Counted from the stretch's first letter, positions 1 to 15,846 are shown. The stretch is DNA of 64,000 nt from Eledone cirrhosa (GCA_964016885.1 OZ024744.1:21948001-22012000), one strand, 5' to 3'. Notes: generated by a model from the letters alone, not told the origin. Made by a program: numbers and translations.

Positions 1-380
1 TGTTAGAAGAGGTGACAGGCACAGTAGCTATGACATCTGCAGACAGTTAGAAGAGGTGACAGGCACAACAGCTATGACATCTTCAGACATTTGGAAGAGG
101 TGACAGCCACAACAGCTATGACATCTTCAGACAGTTAGAAGATGTGACAGCCACAACAGCTATGACATATTCAGACAGTTAGAAGAGGTGACAGCCACAA
201 CAGCTATAACATCTTCAGACAGTTAGAAGAGGTGACAAGCACAACAGCTATGACATCTTCAGACAGTTAGAAGAGGTGACAGGCACAACAGCTATGACAT
301 CTTCAGACAGTTAGAAGAGGTGATAGCTACAACAGCTATGACATCTTCTGACAGTTAGAAGAGGTGAATTCAACAGCTAT
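1..380. repeat. 44-bp minisatellite, about 8.5 copies, runs off window start
   Basis: Unit GTTAGAAGAGGTGACAGGCACAACAGCTATGACATCTTCAGACA recurs at 2, 46, 90 and onward. Confidence 0.95.
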
Positions 381-608
381 TGAATTGTGGCTATCAGAGA
401 AATATATTTAACTGTAATGAAAGAAGTAAATTATGAAATGTTGACTTTTGTTTATATATATATATGTATTAAGATTGGTTCTTTGAAATAGCGATGTATA
501 CGGCAATATACCGTATGTTTAATTAAAAACATTTAGAAGACCATACGCTATCGGTTTTAATGTACTGACTATGTCACTTACTTCTTTTCGCCGAAAGACT
601 GGAGGGAA

Positions 609-648
609 GCTAACAGTCTGTTTCACACTGGTTGGCGATCTTCAGAGC
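609..648 (-). ncRNA. Minimal type-I hammerhead ribozyme
   Basis: Minus strand reads gct-CTGAAGA-tcgccaaccagtgt-GAAAC-agact-GTT-agc; stem I gct/agc. Confidence 0.65.
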
Positions 649-804
649 AACGCACCCCCATATTAAATTAGGTACTATGTATTAATCCTAATACCTAATT
701 TTTTCTGCATACCTAATTTTTGCTGTATAATCAGATCCTGATTATTACTGGAATTCTATAAGAATCCAGCTTCTATAATTTTCGGTCGAAGCAGGGGGTG
801 CGTT

Positions 805-844
805 GCTCTGATGATCGCCAACCAGCGTGAAACAGATTGTTGGC
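805..844 (+). ncRNA. Minimal type-I hammerhead ribozyme
   Basis: gct-CTGATGA-t-cgc-caacca-gcg-t-GAAAC-agatt-GTT-ggc. Confidence 0.65.
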
Positions 845-965
845 TTCTCTCCATTCTTTCGCCGAAAAGAAGTGACATACTCACTACATTAAAACCGATA
901 ACGTATGGTCTTCTAAATGTTTTTAATTAAACATACGGTATATTGCCAAATATACTATGCATACA

Positions 966-1000
<35 letters not shown>

Positions 1001-1003
<3 letters not shown>

Positions 1004-1305
1004 GCTATTCGCGGTTGTTACGTTGCTAGAGCACCCACGAAGAGTCAATATTTGACGTGGTCCATAAAAATGCCTATAAACTTCAAAACATAACGTACAA
1101 TATAGGCCGGTAAATACACTATATTGAAATTAATAATTTACGTTAAAAAGCGTGAAATTTATATATGGCTATGGAAAAAGCCATTAAAAAATCGCGAAAG
1201 ATATTTACGATTCCGTGAATATGCCGTAGTTTCTACGAACACTAGTTAGTTTCTGAGAAAAATTCCGCGAATAACCAGTGCCGCGAATGGAATGTAGTAC
1301 ACTGT

Positions 1306-1306
<1 letters not shown>
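1001..1306. mobile_element. Tc1/mariner (Tigger/pogo-like) MITE remnant
   Basis: Sub-terminal inverted motifs TATTCGCGG and CCGCGAATA; right end ...GTACACTG-TA; lies within (TA)n. Confidence 0.5.
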
Positions 1307-1368
<62 letters not shown>

Positions 1369-1401
1369 AAGAAATTAAAAGATGGTTTAAAAAGTTCCAT
1401 G

Positions 1402-1472
1402 TATTTTATTATGCGCATTTCAAAAACAAATATCACCTTGGGACGATATTTGCGTTCTCATCAGATAAAATA
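1402..1472 (-). ncRNA. PLE-type hammerhead ribozyme with intact core
   Basis: tattttat-CTGATGA-[gaacgcaaatatc...gatatttgttttt]-GAAAT-gcgc-ATA-ataaaata; 8-bp stem I, palindromic stem III ATGCGCAT. Confidence 0.85.
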
Positions 1473-1603
1473 GGGAGACATGATATGATGCCTAAAAAAC
1501 ACTTGAGAACAAGGTAGTGTCTAGTTCTTATATATACTCCTGTCCAATAAACTGTTGAGTGCTACTTATCCTATATGTGCATTGTTCTACAATAAAACTT
1601 ACC

Positions 1604-1657
<54 letters not shown>

Positions 1658-1779
1658 GTGCGTACATATTTTTATGTCACGTGGGGAAGATAAGAAACGA
1701 AGTGGAGTATATTGTCAAGGAAGAATTATAGATAATTGATTGGATGCCTGGGTTCTAGAATATTCTTTATTTTAGTTTT

Positions 1780-2035
1780 ATCATCATCAATATCACCATC
1801 GTTATCATCGTTATCAACATCATCAACATGATCACCATCATCATGATCACCACCACCACTGCCCCCATCATCACCATCATCCTCATCACCGCCATCTTCA
1901 TCACCATCATCATCACCACCATCTCCATCATCCTCACCGCCATTATCCCCACCACCATCATCATCATTATCATCATCCTCACCACCATCATTATCATTAT
2001 CATCATCATCATTATCATCGTCATGATTGTTATTA
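1780..2035. repeat. (CAT/CAC)n low-complexity triplet repeat
   Basis: Visible directly. Confidence 0.9.
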
Positions 2036-2240
2036 TTTTCCTTGTTCTTCTAAAAGTTTGGTTCTTCTGAAGGGGTTATTGATCAATGTTGATAAAATAA
2101 CAGAGTCGGGAGAATGAGAGAATCAGTTAAAGTTAATGCATGTGTGTTGCCAAAGATCGAACTTACATGTAATGTACGACAGACTATTGACCTGGAATAT
2201 GGCAAAGTTCATAGATTTCATTTTGTTAAAAATGTATATG

Positions 2241-2276
<36 letters not shown>

Positions 2277-2298
2277 ACACACACACACACACACGCAC

Positions 2299-2392
<94 letters not shown>

Positions 2393-3298
2393 TTAAACGC
2401 ACTTGTACACGCACACAAACACACTGAAATGCACGCATACACAGAAAAGTACGCACAAGCATTAACAAGTACACACGCACAAGCATATATATACACCCGC
2501 AAACAAACAGATAAACACACACACAAATATTAGATACACAGAATACTATATGCAGGTAATCAGATAGAGAAGTCGCTTCACCTGCGTGAGGGATTCTTCT
2601 CCCCTTTCCCAGCGCACCCCCACCACACTGCCGTACCAACACACCACCCACAGACATAATAACAAGGATGCCGAGACTTCTATCATTCTCTCTGTCGATG
2701 GCGGCAAACGAGAAACGACTCGAATTTCTTTGATCCTAGCTAAAGGATGTTAAGTGAAACCGTTCAACTCGGAACAAGTGCAGATAAAAGTCGAGAAGCA
2801 CTCGATACAATAAAACTCAGCAGCGAACATCAATTATCATCCAAAATTGAGAGATTGAAGAAACACCGACAAGCTATTTGGAAAAGGGAGTTAGTCGCTT
2901 TGGTAGGAAGTTGAACAACGATCGTACGAAGAAGCACAAAACTGGTAATAAAGTTATCTATCGAAAGAAACAGGAGACAACTACGAAAAAAAAAAAAAAA
3001 AATCACATGAGCCGAAAAGACAGATGCCAATCGGAGATTGGTAAAAGAATCTACTAACTGTAGCATCAGATATCGAGACAACGGAAACATGAACATGCAG
3101 CGGACGGTTTGTAGCGATGCCAAAGTAGAGAGCTTCAGGTGTAATGTACAGATCTATTAAGATAACATTTGCATCTTCAATAGGTAGTTACAACTGCAAG
3201 AGACTGCCTACGAATGTTCTTAGGCACATGTATGAAAGGGTATATAGTTTTGGGGGTTCTTTTTTTTATTTTTTACTTATCATTTTTTTATTTTTTTC

Positions 3299-3345
<47 letters not shown>

Positions 3346-3596
3346 TATTTTTTCAAATTTTTTTTTTTTTTTTAAAGCAAAACCATCTTTCCTGAGATTC
3401 TGTGGAAATATACATACCTACGTACACATGCACCAATACATATATATATACATACGTACATATGTGTATATATGTATATATATTTTTGAAACTAATTATA
3501 TATATATACACATACACCCCCACTTCACATATATGTGTGTATTTGTGTGTGTGTGTGTGTGTGTGTATGCGTGTTTGTGTGTGTGTATGTGTGTGA

Positions 3597-3643
<47 letters not shown>

Positions 3644-3973
3644 TGTGTGTGTATGTGTGTAATGGTAACAAAATGAATTTAATATTGAAACAAATTAGTT
3701 AGATTTGAAATAATAAAAAGAAGTTTGAAGGTACGTCATAGAGTTGTAGCTTCTAAAATGACATGTACAAATTAATGATAAAAACTATAAAAAGCAAACA
3801 AACAATAATCGATTTCATTTGAAATCGATCAGACAACAACTGTAATATTATCTGAGTGTTTAACGATACAAATCGCGCATCACGCATCAATTACAATGGA
3901 TGATGAAATAAATGAATGAATAAATAAATATTATATTTTTTTTTAAATGTATAAATAAGTAATATTGTTTTGC

Positions 3974-4033
<60 letters not shown>

Positions 4034-4046
4034 GGGGGGAGAGAGA

Positions 4047-4096
<50 letters not shown>

Positions 4097-4140
4097 CAGA
4101 GAAAGAGACAGAGAGAGAGAGAGAAAGATATATATATATA

Positions 4141-4264
4141 TAGCCGTCGAAACGGCTTGAGCTCTGCCGTCGGGGATATACATACTATTACCCACTCTAC
4201 TAACGTAAGTATTGAGTACTCTGGTGAGTTATGGTCCATCTGCTTCCTTACCACACCTCCTCCG

Positions 4265-4342
<78 letters not shown>

Positions 4343-4590
4343 TGTGAGAGAGAGAGAGTGAGAGAGAGAGAGAGTGAGTGAGAGAGAGAGAGAGAGAGTA
4401 AAAGAGTAAGGACCCCGCTCCGGCCGTTTCGACAGTTAGATCTGAACTGCATTTCAGATTTAGCTGTCGAAACGGCCGGAGCTCAGCCGTCGAGGTCCTG
4501 ACTTTTTCCATGTTACTCACTCTACTACCCCAAATATCGAGTACTCGGTTACGTTATAGTCCACCTGGTATCGTACCACACCCTCTTAGT
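4141..4590 (+). mobile_element. Two copies of a short TA-embedded family (also at 17340-17410 minus, 50098-50192, 53680-53806)
   Basis: Shared ...TATTACCCACTCTAC...AAGTATTGAGTACT...TGGTCCACCTGGTTCCTTACCACA; begins with a hammerhead-like 3' half GAAACGGC..GCCGTC. Confidence 0.75.
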
Positions 4591-4649
4591 TTTATAGATA
4601 TATATGTATATATATATATATATATATATGTGGTGTGTGTGTGTGTGTG

Positions 4650-4933
4650 AAGGTGCACCGCTTAGTAGTTCGAGCATAGGGCTTGCAAACGTGCGGTTGT
4701 GAGTTCGATTCTCGGACTGGCTGATGCGTTGTTCCTTAAGCAAGACACTTTATTTCACGTTGTTCCAGTTTACTCAGCTGTAGAAAATGTCCACTTGGTC
4801 AACAACAATGGCGTGGTGAGGGGAGACTCCGATGCATAGTTCCACAAACAAATATTGCCCAGGTTTATGCCTCGGAGGGAAACTTTCTAGTTGTAAATCC
4901 CATGGTTATTTGTAACCAAAGAGTGTTTTCACC
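4650..4933 (+). mobile_element. tRNA-derived SINE with CORE-like domain
   Basis: B-box GAGTTCGATTC, then TCCTTAAGCAAGACACTTTATTTCACGTTG; homologous to 31030-31375 and 53435-53555. Confidence 0.75.
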
Positions 4934-4934
4934 C

Positions 4935-4964
<30 letters not shown>

Positions 4965-4966
<2 letters not shown>

Positions 4967-5155
4967 CCTCAGAGTATACAATATTTTTTGTTCAGCCCTC
5001 GGGAGCAAAGATGAAGAGATTGTTTGGCGAGCTCACCCTAGAGCATCCTACATACAATTGGCCATGGGAGAAGCATGGTATTTCCCAGATGAAGGCCAGC
5101 CACTTTTAGTGTTTGACCCTGAGATTTGTTGATGGTAATCGCAAAGTTTAGTCTC
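4965..5155 (-). pseudogene. Helitron RepHel PIF1-helicase C-terminal fragment
   Basis: Translates (one frameshift, one stop) as RLNFAITINKSQGQTLKVAGLHL..PCFSHGQLYVGCSRVSSPNNLFIFAPEG*TKNIVYSEAL; PIF1 motifs V/VI and a Helitron-type terminus. Confidence 0.9.
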
Positions 5156-5331
5156 TCTGTTGCTCTAGTAACATTTTTTCTTCTGGAAAATCTGATCTTG
5201 CGGCCAGGCTGGGACTTGTTGGGTGGCATATCGGCAGTAACAATGACGATAAGCCGTCTGTGCTTTCGTGAAATAAATACGTTGTTTATGTTTTGTTTTT
5301 GTGTATGCAAAAATATCTGTACACGAATATA

Positions 5332-5363
<32 letters not shown>

Positions 5364-5539
5364 ACAGATTAAAGTTTAAGCAAATAATCGCTGCTTTCAC
5401 CCTTAATGGGATCTTCTGAAACTAATAAAATCAATCTATGGACGCAGAAGTAAATATTTCGAAAAACGTTGCAACCGAAGGAAAACAGGAAGACGATACT
5501 TTGGTTCGTGAAGACGTTCCTTGGTAAGTTTATTAGAAG

Positions 5540-6900
5540 ATAGATTTGAGATTCTTTTTTCAACATTACTGACTATAGCATTTTTAACGTTAATAGGGTG
5601 GTTAGATTTAAAATTAACATAATTTAGATTCTCATTGTCTTTATGGTAAGGGTAATATAGGCCGGTGTCAAGATTAAGGGATATATCCAGGAAGTTAGCT
5701 AGTTTGACGTTGTTTTCAAATTCAATTTTTAGGTTATGGTGCTTAAATAGATCAAGTATATTATTCTTAATAATATTAAGGTTAACTAAGTTATAGTTTA
5801 AGACAGTAAAAAGGGCATCATCGTCACGATACATTCCACCGCGAAGTTGAGGAATTTTCTGATTTAAAGAATTCAAAATAAAGATTCCACTCAAGTCCGT
5901 CAATTGCACTGAATCCGACGAACCCATTGTGATATCAAAATTGTTGGAAGGATCAGCTCTAGTCCAATATTCGTTGTTGAATTCCAGGATAGTTTTTCTT
6001 GCGGTGAAAATGATGTACAGTTCATCTGTGGTGATGTCAGAATATTTAAATCCAAAAGAGAGAGCGTTGTTGAGAAATGAAGGCGAAATAGAAGTATAGT
6101 AACTGGCAATGTCAAACTGAATACATTTTTGTTTGTTTTTATTATTCAGGTCATTGAACCAGTTAATTACATCAGATGTACCAATCCATAAATTTAAGTT
6201 AGAAATAGAGCAATTAGAACGAATCTGTGGGATAATTCTATCCAAGATGGATTTACTAACAACCCCCAGATCTGATTTAGAGGGGGCGATTAGTCTAACA
6301 GGCAGGTCAGTTCGAAAGTTACTTTTGTGATTCTAAAGATTTATCCTCGGAGTTCTTGGGAAGAATGGTTCGGTCTTTTTCTCGATGCCAAGTTTAGACA
6401 TAATCTCAGAAGCTTCCAAGTTTATAGATTCCAAATTCTCATGGTTAGTTTTGCGGTAATTCTTCCTTAGTTCATTAAGGATAAGGTTATTATATTTATT
6501 TTTAGATACACCATATAAAATATTAGTTTTGTCGGAATGGACTAAGACTTTTATAGAAGAATTAAGGTCCGAAATCGTATTCCTGAGATTTAAAAGGTGC
6601 TCCTGTCCTCTATAAGGGTTTCTCTTGAATTTAAGTCCTCTTATAATATTAGTTAGTTCTTCCTCAAACTGTGCTAGATTTTTTATTGAAAGGAGGATTT
6701 CTTTTAGAGTTAAATAAATAATCAAAATTGTTATGTTCCTTAGTATAAAAATTTCCTTTTAAGCGCTGGTCATGAAAAAAAGCGATCCGTCTAAGCCTTC
6801 TCACAAAAGAGTCAGTTTTTTCAATCAGAAGTTTAGTGAATTCAGATTTACCAGGGATAGGAATGTTTTTAAGTGAAGTTGTGAATTTTTTCTTTCTTCT
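5540..6900 (-). mobile_element. Penelope-like element RT ORF, disrupted and 3'-truncated
   Basis: Motifs SLKNIPIP, HSDKT, FDIASYYTSI, ITMGSSDS, MYRDD, NFLDISLNL, YVNFKSNHP; stops and frameshifts at about 6330 and 6730. Confidence 0.9.
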
Positions 6901-7429
6901 CTTCTTCCATGCTCATATTAAATCTATTATTTACTTTTTCCTATTACAATATATAGAAACAAACTTGGACCCTAATTAATTCCTCTAAGTTCATAATTCA
7001 TTTAACCTTATTTTCATTCACCTTATCTTCTTAATATATTTTATTTTAATAATACATTTTAATAAATTCCTTTTCGCACATCTTATTAAACCCTTCAATA
7101 TATAAACCTTAAATAAATAGTATTCTTAATTCCTTTTTCTTTAATCATAAGCATCACCATTCATAAACCTCATTAACTTTTAATTTCTTAATTTTTTGAA
7201 ATTATGTTTTATCTTACAACGATTTTTTTTGATTTTTTCTGAGACAGTTTCTCAGTATTAAAGGTTATCTCTCGCTCTCTCACTCATTTTCTCCTCCTCT
7301 CTCATCCTTCCTTCTTATACTCCTCATCCGTTATCCTTTCCTTATTATTATATTTTTTTCTTCTATCTATTTTCTTTCTTCCTCTTCTTCACCTTTTCTT
7401 TCCCTCTTCCTTTCCTTTTTGTTCCAATC

Positions 7430-7708
7430 TCATGTATCCATCTTATTTTATTTTTCATATGTTGATTTAACACTTCACTGCTCTCATGTGTTTTTTAAGC
7501 TTCATATCATGTCTCCCTATTTTATATGATGAGAACGCAAATATCATTCCATGATGATATTTGTTTTTGAAATGCGCATAATAAAATACTTGGAACTCTT
7601 TTAACCATCTTTTGATCTTATATTATTTATACTACAGTCCTATAAACTGTTGAGTGCTACTTATCCGATATTTGCATTGCTTTATTGTGCTACAATAAAA
7701 CTCACCTG
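7430..7708 (+). mobile_element. pLTR-like segment with hammerhead (7518-7588, core mutated to ATGATGA), inverted relative to the PLE ORF
   Basis: Closely similar to 1367-1510 (reverse complement) and 1540-1605; ends in (TA)n. Confidence 0.75.
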
Positions 7709-7720
7709 TATATATGTATA

Positions 7721-7835
<115 letters not shown>

Positions 7836-7838
7836 ATA

Positions 7839-7993
<155 letters not shown>

Positions 7994-8139
7994 TAGCGAT
8001 AACATGTATATAAGCTCATATAACGGCTGTTGTGGGAACATTAAGTCAGGTAGTCATTGGCAACTTATTAAACATTATCTAATCATAGAAGTGCTATTGT
8101 CCACTTTATTACTTGTGAACCTTTAGTAAACAGCTGCGG

Positions 8140-8425
8140 TTGTTGTTGTTGGTGGTGGGTGGTGGTGGTGGTGGTGGTGGCGGTGGCGGTGGTGGTGGTT
8201 GTGGTGATGGTGGTGGTAGTGGTGATGGTGGTAGTGATGATGGTGGTAGTTGTGGTGATGGTGATGGTGATGGTGGAGGTGGTGGTGGTGGTGGTGGTGG
8301 AGGTGGTGGTGGTGGTGGTGGTGGTGGTGGTGGCGGCATTGGTGGGGGGGGGGGGGGGGCTGCGGTGGTGGAGGTGCTTGTGAAATGGCGGTGTTGGTGA
8401 TGGTGGTGGTATTGTTATTGTTGGT
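8140..8425. repeat. (GGT)n microsatellite
   Basis: Visible directly. Confidence 0.95.
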
Positions 8426-8499
8426 CATTTACTTTTTATTTAGCATCAGCAACACCTGTCGCATAACATGGTTGGTTACAAAGAAGAATCAGCACAAAC

Positions 8500-11400
8500 A
8501 CACACCACTACACTACACACAGACCGCACTACACCACACCAAACCACACCACACAACACTACACTACACACACACCGCACTACACCACACACCGCACTAC
8601 ACCACACCAAACCACACCACACTACACTACACTACACACACACTGCACTACACCACACCAAACCACACTACACTACACCACACTACACCACACTAAACCA
8701 CACTACACCACACCACACCACACTACACTACACTACACCACACTACACTACACTACACTACACTACACCACACCACACTACACTACACTACATCACACCA
8801 CACTACACCACAACACACCACACTACACCAGACCACACCACACCACACTACACAACACCACACTACACCACACTACACTACACCACACTACACCACACTA
8901 CACCACACTACACTACACCACACTACACCACACTACACCACACTACACCACACAACACCACACCACACCACACCACACTACACTACACCACACTACACTA
9001 CACCACACTACACCACACTACACCACACTACACTACACTACACCACACTACACCACACTACACCACACTACACCACACAACACCACACTACACTACACCA
9101 CACTACACCACACTACACCACACTACACTACACCACACTACACCACACTACACCACACTACACCACACTACACTACACTACACCACACTACACTACACCA
9201 CACTACACCACACCACACCACACTACACTACACCACACTACACTACACCACACTACACCACACTACACCACACTACACTACACTACACCACACTACACCA
9301 CACTACACCACACTACACCACACAACACCACACTACACTACACCACACTACACCACACTACACCACACTACACTACACCACACTACACCACACTACACCA
9401 CACTACACTACACTACACCACACTACACCACACTACACCACACTACACCACACAACACCACACTACACTACACCACACTACACCACACTACACCACACTA
9501 TACTACACCACGCTACACAACACTACACCACACTACACCACACAACACCACACCACACCACACTACACCACGCAACACCACACTACACTACACCACACTA
9601 CACCACACTACATCACACTACACTACACCACACTACACCACACTACACCACACTACACCACACAACACCACACTACACTACACCACACTACACCACACTA
9701 TACTACACCACGCTACACAACACTACACCACACTACACCACACAACACCACACCACACCACACTACACCACACCACACCACTACACTACAACAACAAACA
9801 CCACACTACACCACACTACACTACACTACACCACACTACACCACACCACACCACTACACTACACACTACACCACACCACACTATACCACACCACACTACA
9901 CTACACTACACCACACTACAACACACTACACCGCACCACACCACACCACACCACACAACTACACTACACCGCACCACACCACACTACACTACACTACACC
10001 ACACTACACCACACTACACCCCACCGCACCACACCACACTACACTACACCACACTACACCACACTACACCACACTACACCACACTACACCACACCACACT
10101 ACACCACACCACACCACACTACACTACACCACACTACATTACACTACAACACACTACACCACACTACACCACACTACACCACGCCACACCTCACCACTAC
10201 ACTAACCACACCACACCACACCACACCACACTACACTAAACCACACCACACCACACCACACTACACCACATTACACCACACCACACCACACCACACTACA
10301 TTACTCCACACTACACTACACCACACTACACCACACCACACTACACCACATTACACCACACTACACTACACCACACTACACCAAACTACACCACACTACA
10401 CTACACTACACCACACTACACCAGACTACACTACACTACACCACACCACACTACACCAAACTACACTACACTACACCACACTACACCACACCACTTCACT
10501 ACATACTACACCACACGACACTATACCACACCACACTACACTACACTACACCACACTACAACACACTACACCACACCACTCCACACCACACCACATCACT
10601 ACACTACACCGCACCACACCACACTACACTACACTACACCACACTTCACCTCACTACACCACACTACACCACACTACACCCCACCACACCATACTACACT
10701 ACACCACACTACACCACACTACACCACACTACACTACACTACACCACACTACACCACACTACACCACACCACACTACACCACACTACACCACACTACACT
10801 ACACCACACTACACCACACTACACCACACTACACTACACTACACCACACTACACCACACTACACCACACTACACCACACAACACCACACTACACTACACC
10901 ACACTACACCACACTACACCACACTACACTACACCACACTACACCACACTACACCACACTACACTACACTACACCACACTACACCACACTACACCACACT
11001 ACACCACACAACACCACACTACACTACACCACACTACACCACACTACACCACACTATACTACACCACGCTACACAACACTACACCACACTACACCACACA
11101 ACACCACACCACACCACACTACACCACGCAACACCACACTACACTACACCACACTACACCACACTACATCACACTACACTACACCACACTACACCACACT
11201 ACACCACACTACACCACACAACACCACACTACACTACACCACACTACACCCCACTATACTACACCACGCTACACAACACTACACCACACTACACCACACA
11301 ACACCACACCACACCACACCACACTACACCACACCACACCACTACACTACAACAACAAACACCACACTACACCACACTACACTACACTACACCACACTAC

Positions 11401-14400
11401 ACCACACCACACCACTACACTACACACTACACCACACCACACTATACCACACCACACTACACTACACTACACCACACTACAACACACTACACCGCACCAC
11501 ACCACACCACACCACACAACTATACTACACCGCACCACACCACACTACACTACACTACACCACACTACACCACACTACACCCCACCGCACCACACCACAC
11601 TACACTACACCACACTACACCACACTACACCACACTACACCACACTACACCACACCACACTACACCACACCACACCACACTACACTACACCACACTACAT
11701 TACACTACAACACACTACACCACACTACACCACACTACACCACGCCACACCTCACCACTACACTAACCACACCACACCACACCACACCACACTACACTAA
11801 ACCACACCACACCACACCACACTACACCTCATTACACCACACCACACCACACCACACTACACTACTCCACACTACACTACACCACACTACACCACACCAC
11901 ACTACACCACATTACACCACACTACACTACACCACACTACACCAAACTACACCACACTACACTACACTACACCACACTACACCAGACTACACTACACTAC
12001 ACCACACCACACTACACCAAACTACACTACACTACACCACACTACACCACACCACTTCACTACATACTACACCACACGACACTATACCACACCACACTAC
12101 ACTACACTACACCACACTACAACACACTACACCACACCACTCCACACCACACCACATCACTACACTACACCGCACCACACCACACTACACTACACTACAC
12201 CACACTTCACCTCACTACACCACACTACACCACACTACACCCCACCACACCATACTACACTACACCACACTACACCACACTACACCACACTACACTACAC
12301 TACACCACACTACACCACACTACACCACACCACACTACACCACACTACACCACACTACACTACACCACACTACACCACACTACACCACACTACACTATAC
12401 TACACCACACTACACCACACTACACAGACACCACACTACACTACACCACACCACACCACACTTCAACACACTACACTACATCACACTACACCACACCACA
12501 CTACACTACACCAAACTACACCACACTACACTACACTACACCACACTACATCACACTACACTACACTACACCACACTACACCACACTACACAACATCACA
12601 CTACACCACACTACACCACACCACAACACACTAAACTACATTACACTACACCACGCTACACCACACCACTCTACACTACATTACACTACACCACACCATA
12701 CCACCACACTACACTACACCACACTACACCACACCACACTACACCACACTACACTACATCATACTACACTACACCACCCTACACCATTCTACACCACACA
12801 CACCATACTACACCACACTACACTACACCACACTTCACCACACTACACTACACCACACCACACCACACTACACTACAATACACTACATCACACCACACTA
12901 CACCACACTACACCACATTACACTACACCACACCACACCACACATCACACCACAGCACACCACACCACACTACACCACACCACAACACACTACACCACAC
13001 TACACCACACTACACAACACTACACTACACCACACCAAAACACACCACACTACACTACACTACACTACACTTCACCAAACCACACCAAACTACACCACAC
13101 TACACAACACTACACTACACCACACTACAGCACACCACACCACACCAGACTACACTACACCACACCACACCACAATACACGACACCACACTACACTACAC
13201 CGAACTACACCACACCACACTACACCACACCACACTACATTACACTACACTACACTACACTACACTACACTACACTACGCTACACTACACCACACTACAC
13301 TACACCACACCACACCACACCACACTACACCACACCACACTACACCACACCACACTACACTATACTACACCACGCTACACAACACTACACCACACTACAC
13401 CACACCACACTACACTACATTACAATACACCACACCACCACACCACATTACACCACACTACACTACACCACACCACACTACACTACATCACACCACACTA
13501 CACCACCCCACACCACACTACACTACATTATACTACACCACACCATACCACCACACTACACTACACCACACTGCACTACACTACACTACACCACACTGCC
13601 ACACCACATTACACCACACTACACTAAACCACACCACACTACACCACATTACACTACACCGTACTACACCATACTACACTACACCACATTACCCTACACC
13701 ATACTACATTACACCACGCTACACCACACTACACGATACTACACCACACCACACCACACCACACTACACTACACCACACTACACCACACTACACCACACT
13801 ACACTACACCACACCACACTACACCACACTACACCACACTACACTACACCACACCACACTACATCACACTACACTACACCACACCACACTACTCCACACT
13901 ACACCACACTACACTACAATACACCACACTACACCGCACTACACCACACTACACCACACTACACCACACCACACCACAGTACACTACATTACACTACATC
14001 ACACCACACCACCACACCACACTACACCACACTACACTACACCACACCACACTACATCACACTACACTACACCACACCACACTACTCCACACTACACCAC
14101 ACTACACTACAATACACCACACTACACCGCACTACACCACACTACACCACACTACACCACACCACACCACAGTACACTACATTACACTACATCACACCAC
14201 ACCACCACACCACACTACACCACACTACACTACACCACACCACACTACATCACACTACACTACACCACACCACACTACTCCACACTACACCACACCACCA
14301 CACCACTATATAATACATACACTACACTACACCACACAAACCACACTATGACACCATATTACACCACAACACACAACACCACTCCACTCCTATCCAATCC
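8500..14400. repeat. (YACAC)n pentamer satellite, about 5.9 kb, with higher-order duplications
   Basis: CACAC/TACAC units; marker variants recur at a 1561-bp period (9781/11342, 10491/12052) and a 193-bp period (13861/14054/14247). Confidence 0.95.
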
Positions 14401-14489
14401 TCTCCAACACTCCACCGTATCACAGCACCTCACCCCACTCCCCAAATATCTTACAGCTTTTTAGTCGTTACGCACTCCCTCTCTCTCTC

Positions 14490-14561
<72 letters not shown>

Positions 14562-14904
14562 TAAACGGAATAGAAAATGCTGACAAATTGTTCACAGTTG
14601 AAACATGGTTTAATTAGGAATAAAAGAGTATTAGTGATTGTATGGGTTAGTATACAGTTGTGGTTTTATGTTTTTAAGTTTTTACCGGTTGCGCATTTCT
14701 AAATGCTTTTCAAAAATAATTGTGAGATAGAGTGTCCGTGCTGTTTGCTCTGATCTATATATTTATATATACATGTATATATTTATATATATATTTATAT
14801 GTCTATTTATATTTATGTATGTATATATATATATCAATATATATATATATATATATATAGATATATATATATATACAGTATGCATATATTGATATATATA
14901 TATT

Positions 14905-14990
<86 letters not shown>

Positions 14991-15362
14991 TATATTAATA
15001 TCTATATATATACATATATATATAATGTGTATATGTGTGTGTGTGTGTTACATGAGTCGTTTGATGTGTGATTGCTTAAACGGTGTTTAAATTAAAAGAA
15101 ACAGGCATCATTCTTTATCTGACGACGTCAGCAGACATTAATACATTAAGAGAGAGACTCTTCAATAAAAGCCTTCTCCAATCAGAATACAAACAAGCTT
15201 CACGTGAAGAGCCTTGTTTACTTACGTGGTCGCTAATTTCTTCTCAAAACCATTGTTTGCTGAGCTTCGTTGTTGTTGTTGTTGTTGTTGTTATTACTAT
15301 TATTAGTATTAACAATACATGTGCAAATCGAAGCATCTGTTTGTTTCTTCCATCTGGTCCAG

Positions 15363-15412
15363 ATAGAAATCTTTATGATGATATGTCGTCACTGAGGAAG
15401 ATTGCCAACAGT
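15363..15412 (+). CDS. Candidate 50-nt internal exon ([17 protein letters not shown])
   Basis: Pyrimidine tract plus CAG acceptor, GTATGC donor, open frame; no homology recognised. Confidence 0.25.
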
Positions 15413-15447
15413 GTATGCGTACAAACATACACAGTCACACACCGCAC

Positions 15448-15520
<73 letters not shown>

Positions 15521-15535
15521 CATATATATATAGAG

Positions 15536-15660
<125 letters not shown>

Positions 15661-15846
15661 GAGGGTCATATTGTTGTAATAATATTGCCAGAATTAATAA
15701 CAGAACGCACTCACTGTTTGGTTGGTTTTCGCTTCAGTATCTTTTATATCTCCACAGTTAATTCATTCGGTCCTCAATGTTTACCATTGACTGACCAACG
15801 GTCAAAAATACAGATATAATATAGATATAAAGACACATATATATAT

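Larger units (their letters stand above)
502..947. mobile_element. Fold-back insert between (TA)n tracts with a hammerhead in each arm
   Basis: Arms 502-659 and 794-947 are diverged reverse complements; (TA)n at about 452-465 and 969-1000. Confidence 0.85.

Noticed and set aside
1-380. Possible CRISPR-like array
   Set aside because: Contiguous tandem units without unique spacers; eukaryotic context
2550-3250. Unique-looking sequence as a host exon or promoter
   Set aside because: No convincing ORF or paired splice signals; cannot be supported from sequence alone
8468-11800. 1110-aa His/Thr/Tyr/Pro-rich ORF
   Set aside because: Translation of the (YACAC)n satellite, whose composition nearly excludes stop codons; the repeat period is 5, not a multiple of 3
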